Source: Acidimicrobiia bacterium | GTDB lineage: Bacteria > Actinomycetota > Acidimicrobiia > Acidimicrobiales > JACDCH01 | DNA length: 64,000 nucleotides | Assembly (NCBI GenBank): GCA_052387955.1 | Contig: JBQTIQ010000018.1 | Span: forward strand, 1,994-65,993 | Reading direction: 5' to 3' | Shown here: positions 29,631 through 38,041 of the stretch, piece by piece | How positions within the stretch are numbered: the stretch's first letter is position 1 | Layout: the number at the start of each line of letters is the position of its first letter | Notes under the pieces: model-generated | Databases searched by the model: none | Told to the model about the DNA's origin: nothing | Seen by the model: the letters and a program-made list of their open reading frames with translations, nothing else | Program-made: the position numbers and the translations under genes

Positions 29631-30248
29631 TCATCGCGGCGCCGGGTTGCGGGCGAGGTGCTCGGCCGACGCCCAGCTCGTGGCGTCGCGGGCGACAGCG
29701 GGATGGAAATGCCATTGGTGCAGTTGGCGCTCGGCCTCCTCCACGCCCTCGCCCAGCTCGAGCAGGCTCAGGGCCAGGCGCCGCGCCCGCAGGCGCACGT
29801 GGTCGAGATCGTGGGCGCGGTCGCGGCAGGCGTCCCAGTCGGCGTGCTCGCGCTGCATGTCCTCGGACAGGCGGGCCAGCTGGGGCCTGGTCAGCGGCGG
29901 CAGCTTGCGCCGGGCCAACAGCTCGCCGGCGGTGCCGTCGAGGTGGAGCATGTGGAACTGGCAGCACCGCAACAGCGTGCGGGCCATCGGTGAGTTGCGG
30001 CCGCCCTTGGTGCCGAGGCCGAGGCGACGGGCGGTGTGCTCGACGTCGAGGACGAAGCCGGCCGGCGCCGCCTCCAGTTCGCCGGCGAGGCGGCGCAGCA
30101 GCAGCACCGAGCTGGGGCCCAGCAGCCCGAGCCAGAACCGCTCGACGTAGGCCGAGCGGGGGTCGTGACCGAGGTCGTCGAGGACCGGGTCGGGCCAGGG
30201 ACGGACGGCGAGCGTGGTGGGCGACGGGTCGGGTGCGGTCACGAGCAT
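29631..30248 (-). CDS. Hypothetical protein (possible winged-helix N-terminal half)
   Basis: 205 aa with coding-like composition. The segment RFWLGLLGPSSVLLLRRLAGEL resembles a DNA-binding helix region. No family was recognised with confidence. Confidence 0.45.
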   Translation of the reverse strand: MLVTAPDPSPTTLAVRPWPDPVLDDLGHDPRSAYVERFWLGLLGPSSVLLLRRLAGELEAAPAGFVLDVEHTARRLGLGTKGGRNSPMARTLLRCCQFHMLHLDGTAGELLARRKLPPLTRPQLARLSEDMQREHADWDACRDRAHDLDHVRLRARRLALSLLELGEGVEEAERQLHQWHFHPAVARDATSWASAEHLARNPAPR

Positions 30249-30375
30249 GGACGGTCCTCCGGGCGGACGTATCGGGTCCGGCTACAGAGGGGGAAGTAGA
30301 TAATTTCATGCAGTTTCAATCCTCACGGACATGCCTGTCAACAGCTTGGCTGGACGTCTTGGATTGGTCGACCAG

Positions 30376-30458
30376 GGACGTCGCCGTCGCGGCCGCCAGG
30401 CCGCCGGCGACTGTCTGCGGAGGCAGGAGCGAAACGACGCCCGCAGCAGACCAGCAAG
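30376..30458 (+). repeat. Copy A of an ~80-nt shared element (copy B at 59731..59810, minus strand)
   Basis: About 80 percent identity by eye to the reverse complement of 59731-59810. It contains the hairpin arms gtcgccg/cggcgac and a second stem ctgcgg/ccgcag. Confidence 0.6.
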
Positions 30459-30483
30459 CTCCGCTCGGTAGCGTGGCCAGGCC

Positions 30484-31244
30484 ATGGAGAGCGGCGACCG
30501 CGACACGATCGACAGGGCCCGGGGACTCGTCGCCGGCGCTGAGCGGGTCACGGTCCTCACCGGCGCCGGCATCTCGACCGAGAGCGGCATCCCCGATTTC
30601 CGGGGCCCGCAGGGACTGTGGACCAAGGACCCGACCGCCGAGAAGATGGCGACCCTCCAGCACTACGTGGCCGACGCCGGCGTCCGCCGCCGAGCGTGGC
30701 AGAGCCGTCTCGACTCTCCGGTCTGGGGCGCAGTCCCCAACGCCGGTCACCGCGCCCTGGTCGACCTCGAGCGGCGGGGCAAGCTCGTCGCCCTCGTGAC
30801 CCAGAACACCGACGGCCTCCACCAGGCCGCCGGCAGCGCCCCCGAGCTCGTGGTCGAGGTCCACGGGACCATGCGCCAGGTGACCTGCCTCGGGTGCGGC
30901 GACACGGCGCCGATGCAGCGGGCGCTCGACCGGGTCCGGGCCGGCGAGGACGACCCGCCTTGCCGCAACTGCGGCGGCATCCTCAAGTCGGCGACGATCT
31001 CTTTCGGCCAGTCCCTGGTGGTGGCCGACCTGGCCCGGGCCGACGCCGCCGCCCGGGCCTGTGACGTGTTGCTGGAGGTGGGATCGACGCTCGCCGTCTA
31101 CCCGGTGGCGGCCTGGTCCCGGTGGCGGCGTCGGCGGGCGCATCCGTCGTCATCCTCAACGGGTGCCCGACCGCGATGGACGACCTCGCCGACGTCGTGG
31201 TCCGGGGCCCGATCGGCGAGACCCTCCCTTCGATCTGCTCGTGA
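30484..31244 (+). pseudogene. cobB: Sir2-family NAD-dependent protein deacylase (CobB-type) with an apparent 1-nt deletion frameshift
   Basis: Motifs GAGISTESGIPDFRGP, TQNTDGLH and HG, plus a Zn ribbon CLGCGD...CRNCGG. After ...STLAVYPVA the conserved tail GLVPVAASAGASVVILNGCPTAMDDLADVVVRGPIGETLPSICS continues in another frame. The shift lies at about 31105-31116 and the stop at 31242-31244. Confidence 0.75.
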
Positions 31245-31258
31245 CCTCATCGACCATC

Positions 31259-31600
31259 GTGCACCGGTCGTCGCCGGTCGACGCTCGATGCACTGTGGGC
31301 CAGCCCGTCGCCACTGACGTGCACCGGTCGCTGCCAGTCGACGCGCGATGCACACTCGACCCACCGTGGGCACCGTCGTGCATAGGTCGTTGCCGGAAGA
31401 CGTTCGATGCACTGGGGCCGGCCCGTGGCCGCTGTCGTGCACCGGTCGTTGCAGGAAGACGCGCGATGCACACTCGACCCACCGTGGGCACCGTCGTGCG
31501 TCGGTCGTTGCTGGAAGACAAGGTATGCACACTCGACCTGCCTGCGGCCACTGAGGTGCACCGGTCGTTGCCGGGCGCCGGCCGAGGCACGATCGTCCCC
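31259..31600. repeat. Tandem array of 5.5 units of 59-60 bp, each with an imperfect hairpin
   Basis: Units start at 31259, 31319, 31378, 31437, 31496 and 31556. Units 2 and 4 are nearly identical, as are units 1 and 3, giving an ~118-bp higher-order repeat. An (A/G)TGCAC motif recurs about every 29-30 bp. Confidence 0.85.
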
Positions 31601-31693
31601 ACCGGGAGGGGGGCCTCTGCCGGCCGGGAAGCTGAGGCCCCGTCCGATTGTTGAGCAGGGAAGTAGCATTTCGGCCGGCGCCTGCAGCCGACC

Positions 31694-32893
31694 ATGACGA
31701 GGGACGTGACCATGCCCAGCTTCCGTGACCTGCTCAACCAGACCAAGCAGGAGATCCGCGAGGTCGACACCGCCGTCGCCGACGAGCTGCGGAGCAGGCC
31801 CGGGACCGTGGTGCTCGACGTGCGTGAGCCCGACGAGTACGAGCAGGGCGCGATCCCCGATGCCCTCCACATCCCTCGGGGCATGCTCGAGTCCAGCATC
31901 GAGTCCCGGGTCACCGACCACGACACCCCCCTGATCGTGCACTGCGCCGGCGGTGTGCGCTCGGCGTTCGCGGCCAAGAGCCTGACCGAGCTCGGCTACA
32001 CCGACGTCGTCTCGGTGGCCGGCGGGTTCAACAAGTGGAAGGACGAGGGCCGCGACTGGCGGGTCCCCCAGTCCCTGACCGCCGACCAGCGCAACCGCTA
32101 CCAGCGCCACCTGCTGCTCCCCGAGGTCGACATCGCCGGGCAGCTGAAGCTGCTCGAAGCCCGGGTGCTGCTGCTCGGCGCCGGCGGCCTGGGTTCCCCG
32201 GCCGCGCTCTACCTGGCCGCCGCCGGCGTGGGAACGATCGTCATCGTGGACATGGACGTCGTCGACGCCTCCAACCTGCAGCGCCAGATCCTGCACAACC
32301 TCGAGCGGATCGGCGACCGCAAGGTCGACTCGGCCAAGAAGACGATCACGGCCATGAACCCCGACGTCGACGTCGTCGCCCACGACCTGCGCCTCGGCGC
32401 CGACAACGTCATGGACGTCCTCGGCGGCTACGACCTCGTCGTCGACGGTACCGACAACTTCCCCACCCGGTACCTCGTCAACGATGCGTCGGTGAAGCTC
32501 GGGATCCCCGTCGTGCACGGGTCGATCTTCCGCTTCGAGGGCATGGTCACGGTCTTCGACCCCAAGCAGGGCCCGACCTACCGCGACATGGTGCCCGAGC
32601 CCCCGCCGGCCGAGCTGGCCCCGTCGTGCGCCGAGGCCGGCGTGCTGGGCGTGCTGCCCGGCATCATCGGGTCGCTGCAGGCGGTCGAGGCCATCAAGGC
32701 GGTCCTCGGGATCGGCGACCCCCTCATCGGCCGGCTGCTCTCCTACGACTCGCTCGAGCAGAGCTTCCGCGAGTTCAAGATCCGCAAGGACCCTGCCAAC
32801 GAGATCACGTGGGAGAACCGAGACCGCATCGTCGTCGCCGAGCTCGACGGCCTCTGCCTGCCCCAGCCCCTGGCTGCGCCAGGGGCGAGATAA
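31694..32893 (+). CDS. Rhodanese-ThiF/MoeB fusion (adenylyltransferase/sulfurtransferase, MoeZ-like but with the rhodanese domain N-terminal)
   Basis: N-terminal rhodanese domain with active-site loop HCAGGVRS. It is followed by an E1-like domain with RYQRHLLLPEVDIAGQ, the ATP loop LLGAGGLGSP and DASNLQRQILH. Confidence 0.8.
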   Translation: MTRDVTMPSFRDLLNQTKQEIREVDTAVADELRSRPGTVVLDVREPDEYEQGAIPDALHIPRGMLESSIESRVTDHDTPLIVHCAGGVRSAFAAKSLTELGYTDVVSVAGGFNKWKDEGRDWRVPQSLTADQRNRYQRHLLLPEVDIAGQLKLLEARVLLLGAGGLGSPAALYLAAAGVGTIVIVDMDVVDASNLQRQILHNLERIGDRKVDSAKKTITAMNPDVDVVAHDLRLGADNVMDVLGGYDLVVDGTDNFPTRYLVNDASVKLGIPVVHGSIFRFEGMVTVFDPKQGPTYRDMVPEPPPAELAPSCAEAGVLGVLPGIIGSLQAVEAIKAVLGIGDPLIGRLLSYDSLEQSFREFKIRKDPANEITWENRDRIVVAELDGLCLPQPLAAPGAR

Positions 32894-33001
32894 GAGTGCC
32901 GCGCGCCGCTCTGCCGTCGGAGGTCTAGCGAGTTTGACGGCGAGGTGCCCGGCCTTCGGCCGGCCGGGGGCGTAGCCCAGCCGACCGCCGGCCGGAGGGG
33001 C

Positions 33002-34255
33002 TCACGACATGCCTCGGACGACGCCGAGGACGTCGCGGCGGGTGCGGGTCCAGTCGCCGGCCAGGGGAGCGTCGCCGGCGCTGCCGTAGCTGAAGACGTG
33101 GTTGGCGTAGCCGGAGTTGTTGAAGTTGCGCAGGTACAGCGCGCCGTTGCGCCAGACGCCGGCCGAGGTGGTGCCGTTGCCGTCCCAGTCGCCGACCAGG
33201 GGCCGGTCGCCGGGGTCGCCGTAGGCGAAGATGTAGTCCGAGGGCCCGCCTCCGACACGGTCCCGAAGGAAGAACTGCCCGCTGCGGTAGACGCCGATCG
33301 TGTCGACCCGGTTGGCGTTCCAGTCGCCCACCACCGGCCAGTCACCGGCCTTTCCGAAGCTGTAGGTCGCATCGGGGGCGCCGGTGCTGTTGAAGTTGCG
33401 CAGGAACCAGGTCCCGTTGCGGAAGAGGCCGATGGTGTCACGGCCGTCGCCGTTCCAGTCGCCGCACACGGCCCGGTCCCCGGGGTTGCCGAAGGCGAAG
33501 ATGACGTTGGCGTTGGGGGTGACGTTGAGGTCGCTGAGGAAGAACATGCCGTTGCGGAATACGCCCGGGGTGTCGTAGCCGTCGCCGTTCCAGTCACAGG
33601 CCAGCGCCTGGTCGCCGCCGAGCCCCCACGAGAAGGCGGCGTCGGCCGGCCCCGCGGTCAGCGTCGCCCGCAGGTACCACAGCGCCGGCACCCGGGCCGG
33701 CGGGGCCGGGGGCGGGGGCGGGGGTGGGGCGACCGGGGGAGCGGTACCCACCAGGGCGGGGCCCTTCAGGAAGTCGAGGGTGACCCAGACGGTCCCGTGG
33801 CCGTCGCGGGCGACACCGATGCCGACCCGGTTGTAGTCGCCGAGGATGTTGGCCCGGTGGGGGGACGAGTCCATGAACGCGTCCTGGACGTCCTGCATGG
33901 TGCCCCCGTAGCCCACGTTCTCGCCGACCCGGGTCCACTGCGAGGTGACGTTGAGGGAGATCTGGTCCTTCAGGAGCGGGTTGTGGGCCAGGTTGGCGGT
34001 CGTCGCCATGACCACGGTCCACGCTTTGGCCACCAGGGCGGCGGCGGGGTCCCAGGCCATCGGGCGTAGCCCGGCGGCGGCGCGAGCCGAGTTGGTGGCG
34101 GCCAGGAAGGCGGCCTCGTCGGCGGCGGCGCTGGCCTGAGCGACGCCGCCGCGCGGCATGAGCACCGCCGACAGCAGGCCGACGGCGAGGGCGACCACCA
34201 CCCGGCGGGCAACGGGCCGGCGGCGGGGGGAGGGGAGCGTGAGGATCTCGTCCAT
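33002..34255 (-). CDS. Secreted CAP/SCP-domain protein with C-terminal FG-GAP-like repeats
   Basis: TM/signal segment, then a CAP domain (NLAHNP, GENVGYG, HRANILG, RVGIGV), a poly-Pro linker, and about five repeats of GDWNGDG.DT.G..RNG.W.LRN. The start was trimmed to the ATG at 34255. Confidence 0.7.
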   Translation of the reverse strand: MDEILTLPSPRRRPVARRVVVALAVGLLSAVLMPRGGVAQASAAADEAAFLAATNSARAAAGLRPMAWDPAAALVAKAWTVVMATTANLAHNPLLKDQISLNVTSQWTRVGENVGYGGTMQDVQDAFMDSSPHRANILGDYNRVGIGVARDGHGTVWVTLDFLKGPALVGTAPPVAPPPPPPPAPPARVPALWYLRATLTAGPADAAFSWGLGGDQALACDWNGDGYDTPGVFRNGMFFLSDLNVTPNANVIFAFGNPGDRAVCGDWNGDGRDTIGLFRNGTWFLRNFNSTGAPDATYSFGKAGDWPVVGDWNANRVDTIGVYRSGQFFLRDRVGGGPSDYIFAYGDPGDRPLVGDWDGNGTTSAGVWRNGALYLRNFNNSGYANHVFSYGSAGDAPLAGDWTRTRRDVLGVVRGMS

Positions 34256-34382
34256 AGCGGTGGTGGGATCGTGCGCGTCCGCCCGCGGCTTGAGCGCCGC
34301 TGCCGGCCGAGGGGTGCCCAAAGCGGACAGAGGGGCCGCTGTCGTCGTGCCGAGGCCAAGAACGGGCCGTACGGCCTACGGG

Positions 34383-34512
34383 AGCGCGAGTGCAGCGAGC
34401 GCTTCGGGGCGGCGGCGCGGGCGCCAGCCCGCCCGGCGTCGATGGGTGTGGGGCGCAGCCCCACCGGAACACGAAGCGCGAGTGCAGCGAGCGCTTCGGG
34501 GCGACGGCGCGG
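34383..34512. repeat. Two 38-bp direct repeats (34383-34420 and 34475-34512), one mismatch
   Basis: agcgcgagtgcagcgagcgcttcggggcg(g/a)cggcgcgg occurs twice in the divergent intergenic region upstream of rmlA. A 6-bp-stem hairpin (gtgggg cgcag ccccac) lies between the copies. Confidence 0.85.
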
Positions 34513-34535
34513 CGCATGCCACACTTGCGGCCGCG

Positions 34536-35642
34536 ATGAAGGGACTGATCCTCTCCGGCGGGGCCGGCACCCGCCTGCGGCCCATCACCCACACCAGCGC
34601 CAAGCAACTGGTGCCGGTGGCCAACAAGCCGATCCTCTTCTACGGGATCGAGGGCATGGCCGCCGCCGGCATCACCGACATCGGCATCATCGTCGGCGAC
34701 ACCCGGGCCGAGATCATCGCCGCCGTCGGCGACGGCTCCCGGTTCGGGGTCGACGTCACCTACCTGCCCCAGGACGCCCCCCTCGGCCTGGCCCACTGCG
34801 TGCTCGTGGCCGCCGACTTCCTCGGCGACGAGGACTTCATCATGTACCTGGGCGACAACATGCTCGAACAGGGCCTGGTCGAGTTCATCGACCGCTTCGA
34901 AGCCGAGCGCCGGCGGGCCGACGAGCCGACGCTCGGCGGTGACCACCAGGGCCCGGCGGCCCAGATCCTGCTGTGCCACGTCCCCGACCCCCACCGCTTC
35001 GGCGTGGCCGAGGTCGACCCCGACGGCCGGGTGACCCGGCTCGTCGAAAAGCCCGTCGACCCCCCCTCCGACCTGGCGCTGGTGGGCGTCTACCTGTTCA
35101 CGTCCACCATCCACGAGGCGGTGGCCGCCATCGTCCCCTCCGAGCGGGGCGAGCTCGAGATCACCGACGCCATCCAGTGGCTCATCGACCATGGCCACCG
35201 GGTGCGCCACGAGGTGCTGCGGGGGTGGTGGCTCGACACCGGCAAGAAGGACCCGCTGCTGGAGAGCAACCGCAGGGTGCTCGAGACGCTCGACGCCCGC
35301 ATCGACGGCACGGTCGACGACGCCAGCCAGGTCGACGGGCGGGTGGTGGTCGAGGAGGGCGCCGAGCTCATCTGCTCCCACGTGCGGGGGCCGGCGATCA
35401 TCGGGGCCCGCACCCGGCTGGTCAACAGCTACATCGGCCCGTTCACTGCCGTCGGCGAGGACTGCGAGGTCATCGACAGCGAGGTCGAGCACTCGGTCGT
35501 TCTCGACCACAGCCGCATCGTGGGCGTCGCCCGCCTGACCGACTCCCTGCTGGGCCGCTACGTCGAGGTGCTGCGCTCGGGCCAGCGGCCCCGGGCCAGC
35601 CGGCTGATGGTCGGCGACCACTGTTCCATCGACCTCGAATAG
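34536..35642 (+). CDS. rmlA: Glucose-1-phosphate thymidylyltransferase (long form)
   Basis: N-terminus MKGLILSGGAGTRLRPITHTSAKQLVPVANKP, with a C-terminal left-handed beta-helix-like extension. Confidence 0.85.
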   Translation: MKGLILSGGAGTRLRPITHTSAKQLVPVANKPILFYGIEGMAAAGITDIGIIVGDTRAEIIAAVGDGSRFGVDVTYLPQDAPLGLAHCVLVAADFLGDEDFIMYLGDNMLEQGLVEFIDRFEAERRRADEPTLGGDHQGPAAQILLCHVPDPHRFGVAEVDPDGRVTRLVEKPVDPPSDLALVGVYLFTSTIHEAVAAIVPSERGELEITDAIQWLIDHGHRVRHEVLRGWWLDTGKKDPLLESNRRVLETLDARIDGTVDDASQVDGRVVVEEGAELICSHVRGPAIIGARTRLVNSYIGPFTAVGEDCEVIDSEVEHSVVLDHSRIVGVARLTDSLLGRYVEVLRSGQRPRASRLMVGDHCSIDLE

Positions 35643-35653
35643 CGAGCATCCCC

Positions 35654-36220
35654 ATGGCCACCATCACCGCCTCCGACGTCATCGTCGGCGTCCACATCGT
35701 CGAGCCCACCGTGCACGGCGACGAACGCGGGTACTTCGTCGAGACCTACCGCCGCCAGTGGTTCCCGAACGGGCGGGAGATGGTGCAGGGCAACCGGGGC
35801 GACCGCAAGGCCGGTGCCGTCGTCGGCTTGCACTACCACCTGCACCAGGCCGACTACTGGTACGTGCCCGAGGGCCGGGCCCGGGTGGTGCTGCACGACC
35901 TGCGCCAGGGATCGACGACCGACGGGGCCACGCTGATGCTCGACCTCGGCCGCGACCCCGACGGCACCCGGAGCCATCGGGGCGTGTTCATCCCGCCCGG
36001 CGTCGCCCACGGCTTCGCCGCCATCACCGATATGACCATCACCTACCTGGTCGACGGCTACTACAACCCGGCCGACGAGCTGGGGGTGGCCTGGGACGAC
36101 CCCCAGGTGGCGGCCGACTGGGGCCTGAGCGAGCCGGTGCTGTCCGAGCGCGACCAGCACAACCCCCGCCGGGCCGCCATCGAGGCCCAGTGGATGCCCC
36201 ACGCCGCGCTGCGGACCTGA
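35654..36220 (+). CDS. rmlC: dTDP-4-dehydrorhamnose 3,5-epimerase
   Basis: Cupin motifs HGDERGYFVETY, GLHYH and IPPGVAHGF. Confidence 0.85.
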   Translation: MATITASDVIVGVHIVEPTVHGDERGYFVETYRRQWFPNGREMVQGNRGDRKAGAVVGLHYHLHQADYWYVPEGRARVVLHDLRQGSTTDGATLMLDLGRDPDGTRSHRGVFIPPGVAHGFAAITDMTITYLVDGYYNPADELGVAWDDPQVAADWGLSEPVLSERDQHNPRRAAIEAQWMPHAALRT

Positions 36221-36227
36221 GGCGGCG

Positions 36228-37187
36228 ATGAGGCAGCTCGTCACCGGCGGGGCCGGCTTCATCGGCTCCAACTACGTCCGCTACCTGCTGGCCCACACCG
36301 ACGACGAGGTCACCGTCTTCGACGCCCTGACCTACGCCGGCAACCTGACCACCCTGGCCGACGTCGACGGCGACCCCCGGTACCGGTTCGTCGAGGGCAA
36401 CATCTGCGACGGCGCCGCCCTCGAAGCGGCCATGAAGGGCTGCGACGCGGTGGTCCACTTCGCGGCCGAGAGCCACGTCGACCGCTCCATCAGTGGCCCC
36501 GACGACTTCGTGCACACGAACTGCTTCGGGACCAACGTGGTGATGGACACGGCCCGCCGGCTGGAGACCGAGCGGGTGGTGCACATCGGGACCGACGAGG
36601 TCTACGGGTCGGTCGAGACCGGTTCGTCGAAGGAGACCGACCCGCTCGAGCCCCGCTCGCCGTACTCGGCGTCCAAGGCCGGCTCCGACCTGATCGCCCT
36701 CTCGTACTTCCAGACCTACGGCCTGCCCGTCATCGTGACCCGCTGCACCAACAACTTCGGGCCGTACCAGTACCCCGAGAAGGCGATCCCGCTCTTCACC
36801 ACCAACCTGATCGGCGGCCGGCCCGTGCCGCTCTACGGCGACGGGCTCAACGAGCGCGACTGGCTCTACGTCGACGACCACTGCGCCGGCGTCGACCTCG
36901 TGCTGCGCGCCGGCGCCCCGGGCGAGATCTACAACATCGGCGCCGGCAACGAGACGCCCAACCGGGTACTGGTCGACAAGCTGTTGGCGCTGTTCGGCGT
37001 GGGCGAGGAGATGGTCGACTATGTGCCCGACCGCCTCGGGCATGACCGCCGCTACTCGGTCGACATCACCAAGGTCACGGCCCTGGGCTGGCGCCGGCAG
37101 CGCACGCTCGACGAGGCCCTGGCGGCGACGGTCGACTGGTACCGGGCCAGCGAATGGTGGTGGGGGCCGTTGCGGGAGCACGCTTGA
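36228..37187 (+). CDS. rmlB: dTDP-glucose 4,6-dehydratase
   Basis: Motifs VTGGAGFIGSNYV, YSASKAGSDL and NNFGPYQYPEK. Confidence 0.9.
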   Translation: MRQLVTGGAGFIGSNYVRYLLAHTDDEVTVFDALTYAGNLTTLADVDGDPRYRFVEGNICDGAALEAAMKGCDAVVHFAAESHVDRSISGPDDFVHTNCFGTNVVMDTARRLETERVVHIGTDEVYGSVETGSSKETDPLEPRSPYSASKAGSDLIALSYFQTYGLPVIVTRCTNNFGPYQYPEKAIPLFTTNLIGGRPVPLYGDGLNERDWLYVDDHCAGVDLVLRAGAPGEIYNIGAGNETPNRVLVDKLLALFGVGEEMVDYVPDRLGHDRRYSVDITKVTALGWRRQRTLDEALAATVDWYRASEWWWGPLREHA

Positions 37188-38041
37188 GGGTCCTGGTCAC
37201 CGGGGCCGGCGGCCAGGTCGGCCACGACGTCACCGCCGCCTGCCGGGCGGCCGGCGACGAGGTCATCGCCTGCGACCACCTCGCCCTCGACGTCGGCGAC
37301 CGGGACGCGGTGATGGCCGCGGTCGGGCTGTGCCGGCCCGACGCCGTGGTGCACGCGGCGGCGTGGACCGCAGTCGACGCCTGCGAGGGCGACCCCGCCC
37401 GCGCCCTGCGGGTCAACGCCGTGGGCTCCCGCAACGTGGCCGAAGCGGCGGTACGGGCCGGCGCCCACCTGGTCGCCCTGTCGACCGACTACGTCTTCGA
37501 CGGCACCCAGGCCGAGCCCTACGACGAGTGGGACGTGGCCCGGCCCGCGTCGGTGTACGGCCGCAGCAAGTGGGCCGGCGAGCAGGAGGTGACGGCGTTG
37601 GCCGGCCCGGGCGCCACCATCGTCCGCATCTCGTGGGTGTGCGGCGAGCACGGCGCCAACATGGTGAAGACGGCGCTGCGCCTGGCCGAGGGCGGCGTCG
37701 ACCCCCGCTTCGTCGACGACCAGCGGGGCCAGCCCACCTTCGCCGCCGACCTTGCGCCGGTGCTGCGCCGCTTCGCCGTCGAACGCCGCCCGGGCCTGTT
37801 CCATGTCACCAACCAGGGGGCGGTCTCGTGGCACGGCTTCGTTCAGGCCGTCTTCGCCGCCGCCGGTCACGATCCCGACCGGGTCACCCCGATCTCGACC
37901 GCCGAGCTCGACCCGCCCCGGCCGGCTCCCCGGCCGGCCAACTCCGTGCTCGACAACGCCGCCCTGCGGCTGTCGGGCCAGCCGCTGCTGGGCGACTACC
38001 ACGAACCCCTCGAACGCCTGGTGCGCAGGCTGACGGGCTGA
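37184..38041 (+). CDS. rmlD: dTDP-4-dehydrorhamnose reductase
   Basis: Motifs LVTGAGGQVGHD, STDYVFDG and YGRSKWAGE. The start is either TTG 37184 (TTGA overlap) or ATG 37154. Confidence 0.85.
   Translation: MRVLVTGAGGQVGHDVTAACRAAGDEVIACDHLALDVGDRDAVMAAVGLCRPDAVVHAAAWTAVDACEGDPARALRVNAVGSRNVAEAAVRAGAHLVALSTDYVFDGTQAEPYDEWDVARPASVYGRSKWAGEQEVTALAGPGATIVRISWVCGEHGANMVKTALRLAEGGVDPRFVDDQRGQPTFAADLAPVLRRFAVERRPGLFHVTNQGAVSWHGFVQAVFAAAGHDPDRVTPISTAELDPPRPAPRPANSVLDNAALRLSGQPLLGDYHEPLERLVRRLTG

Noticed and set aside
31259-31600. Possible CRISPR array.
   Set aside because: The segments between the conserved cores are themselves repeated (units 2 and 4, and units 1 and 3, are nearly identical). The period is 59-60 bp with no unique spacers, and no cas genes are nearby. 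It is a tandem repeat, not a CRISPR array.
30484-32893. Sir2 and ThiF/E1-like genes as parts of an anti-phage system (Thoeris, DSR, Bil or CBASS-like).
   Set aside because: The Sir2 protein is a short CobB-type sirtuin with an intact Zn ribbon and no effector or sensor fusion. The E1-like protein has a rhodanese domain typical of sulfur-carrier activation. No E2, JAB, TIR, HerA or cyclase partners are adjacent.
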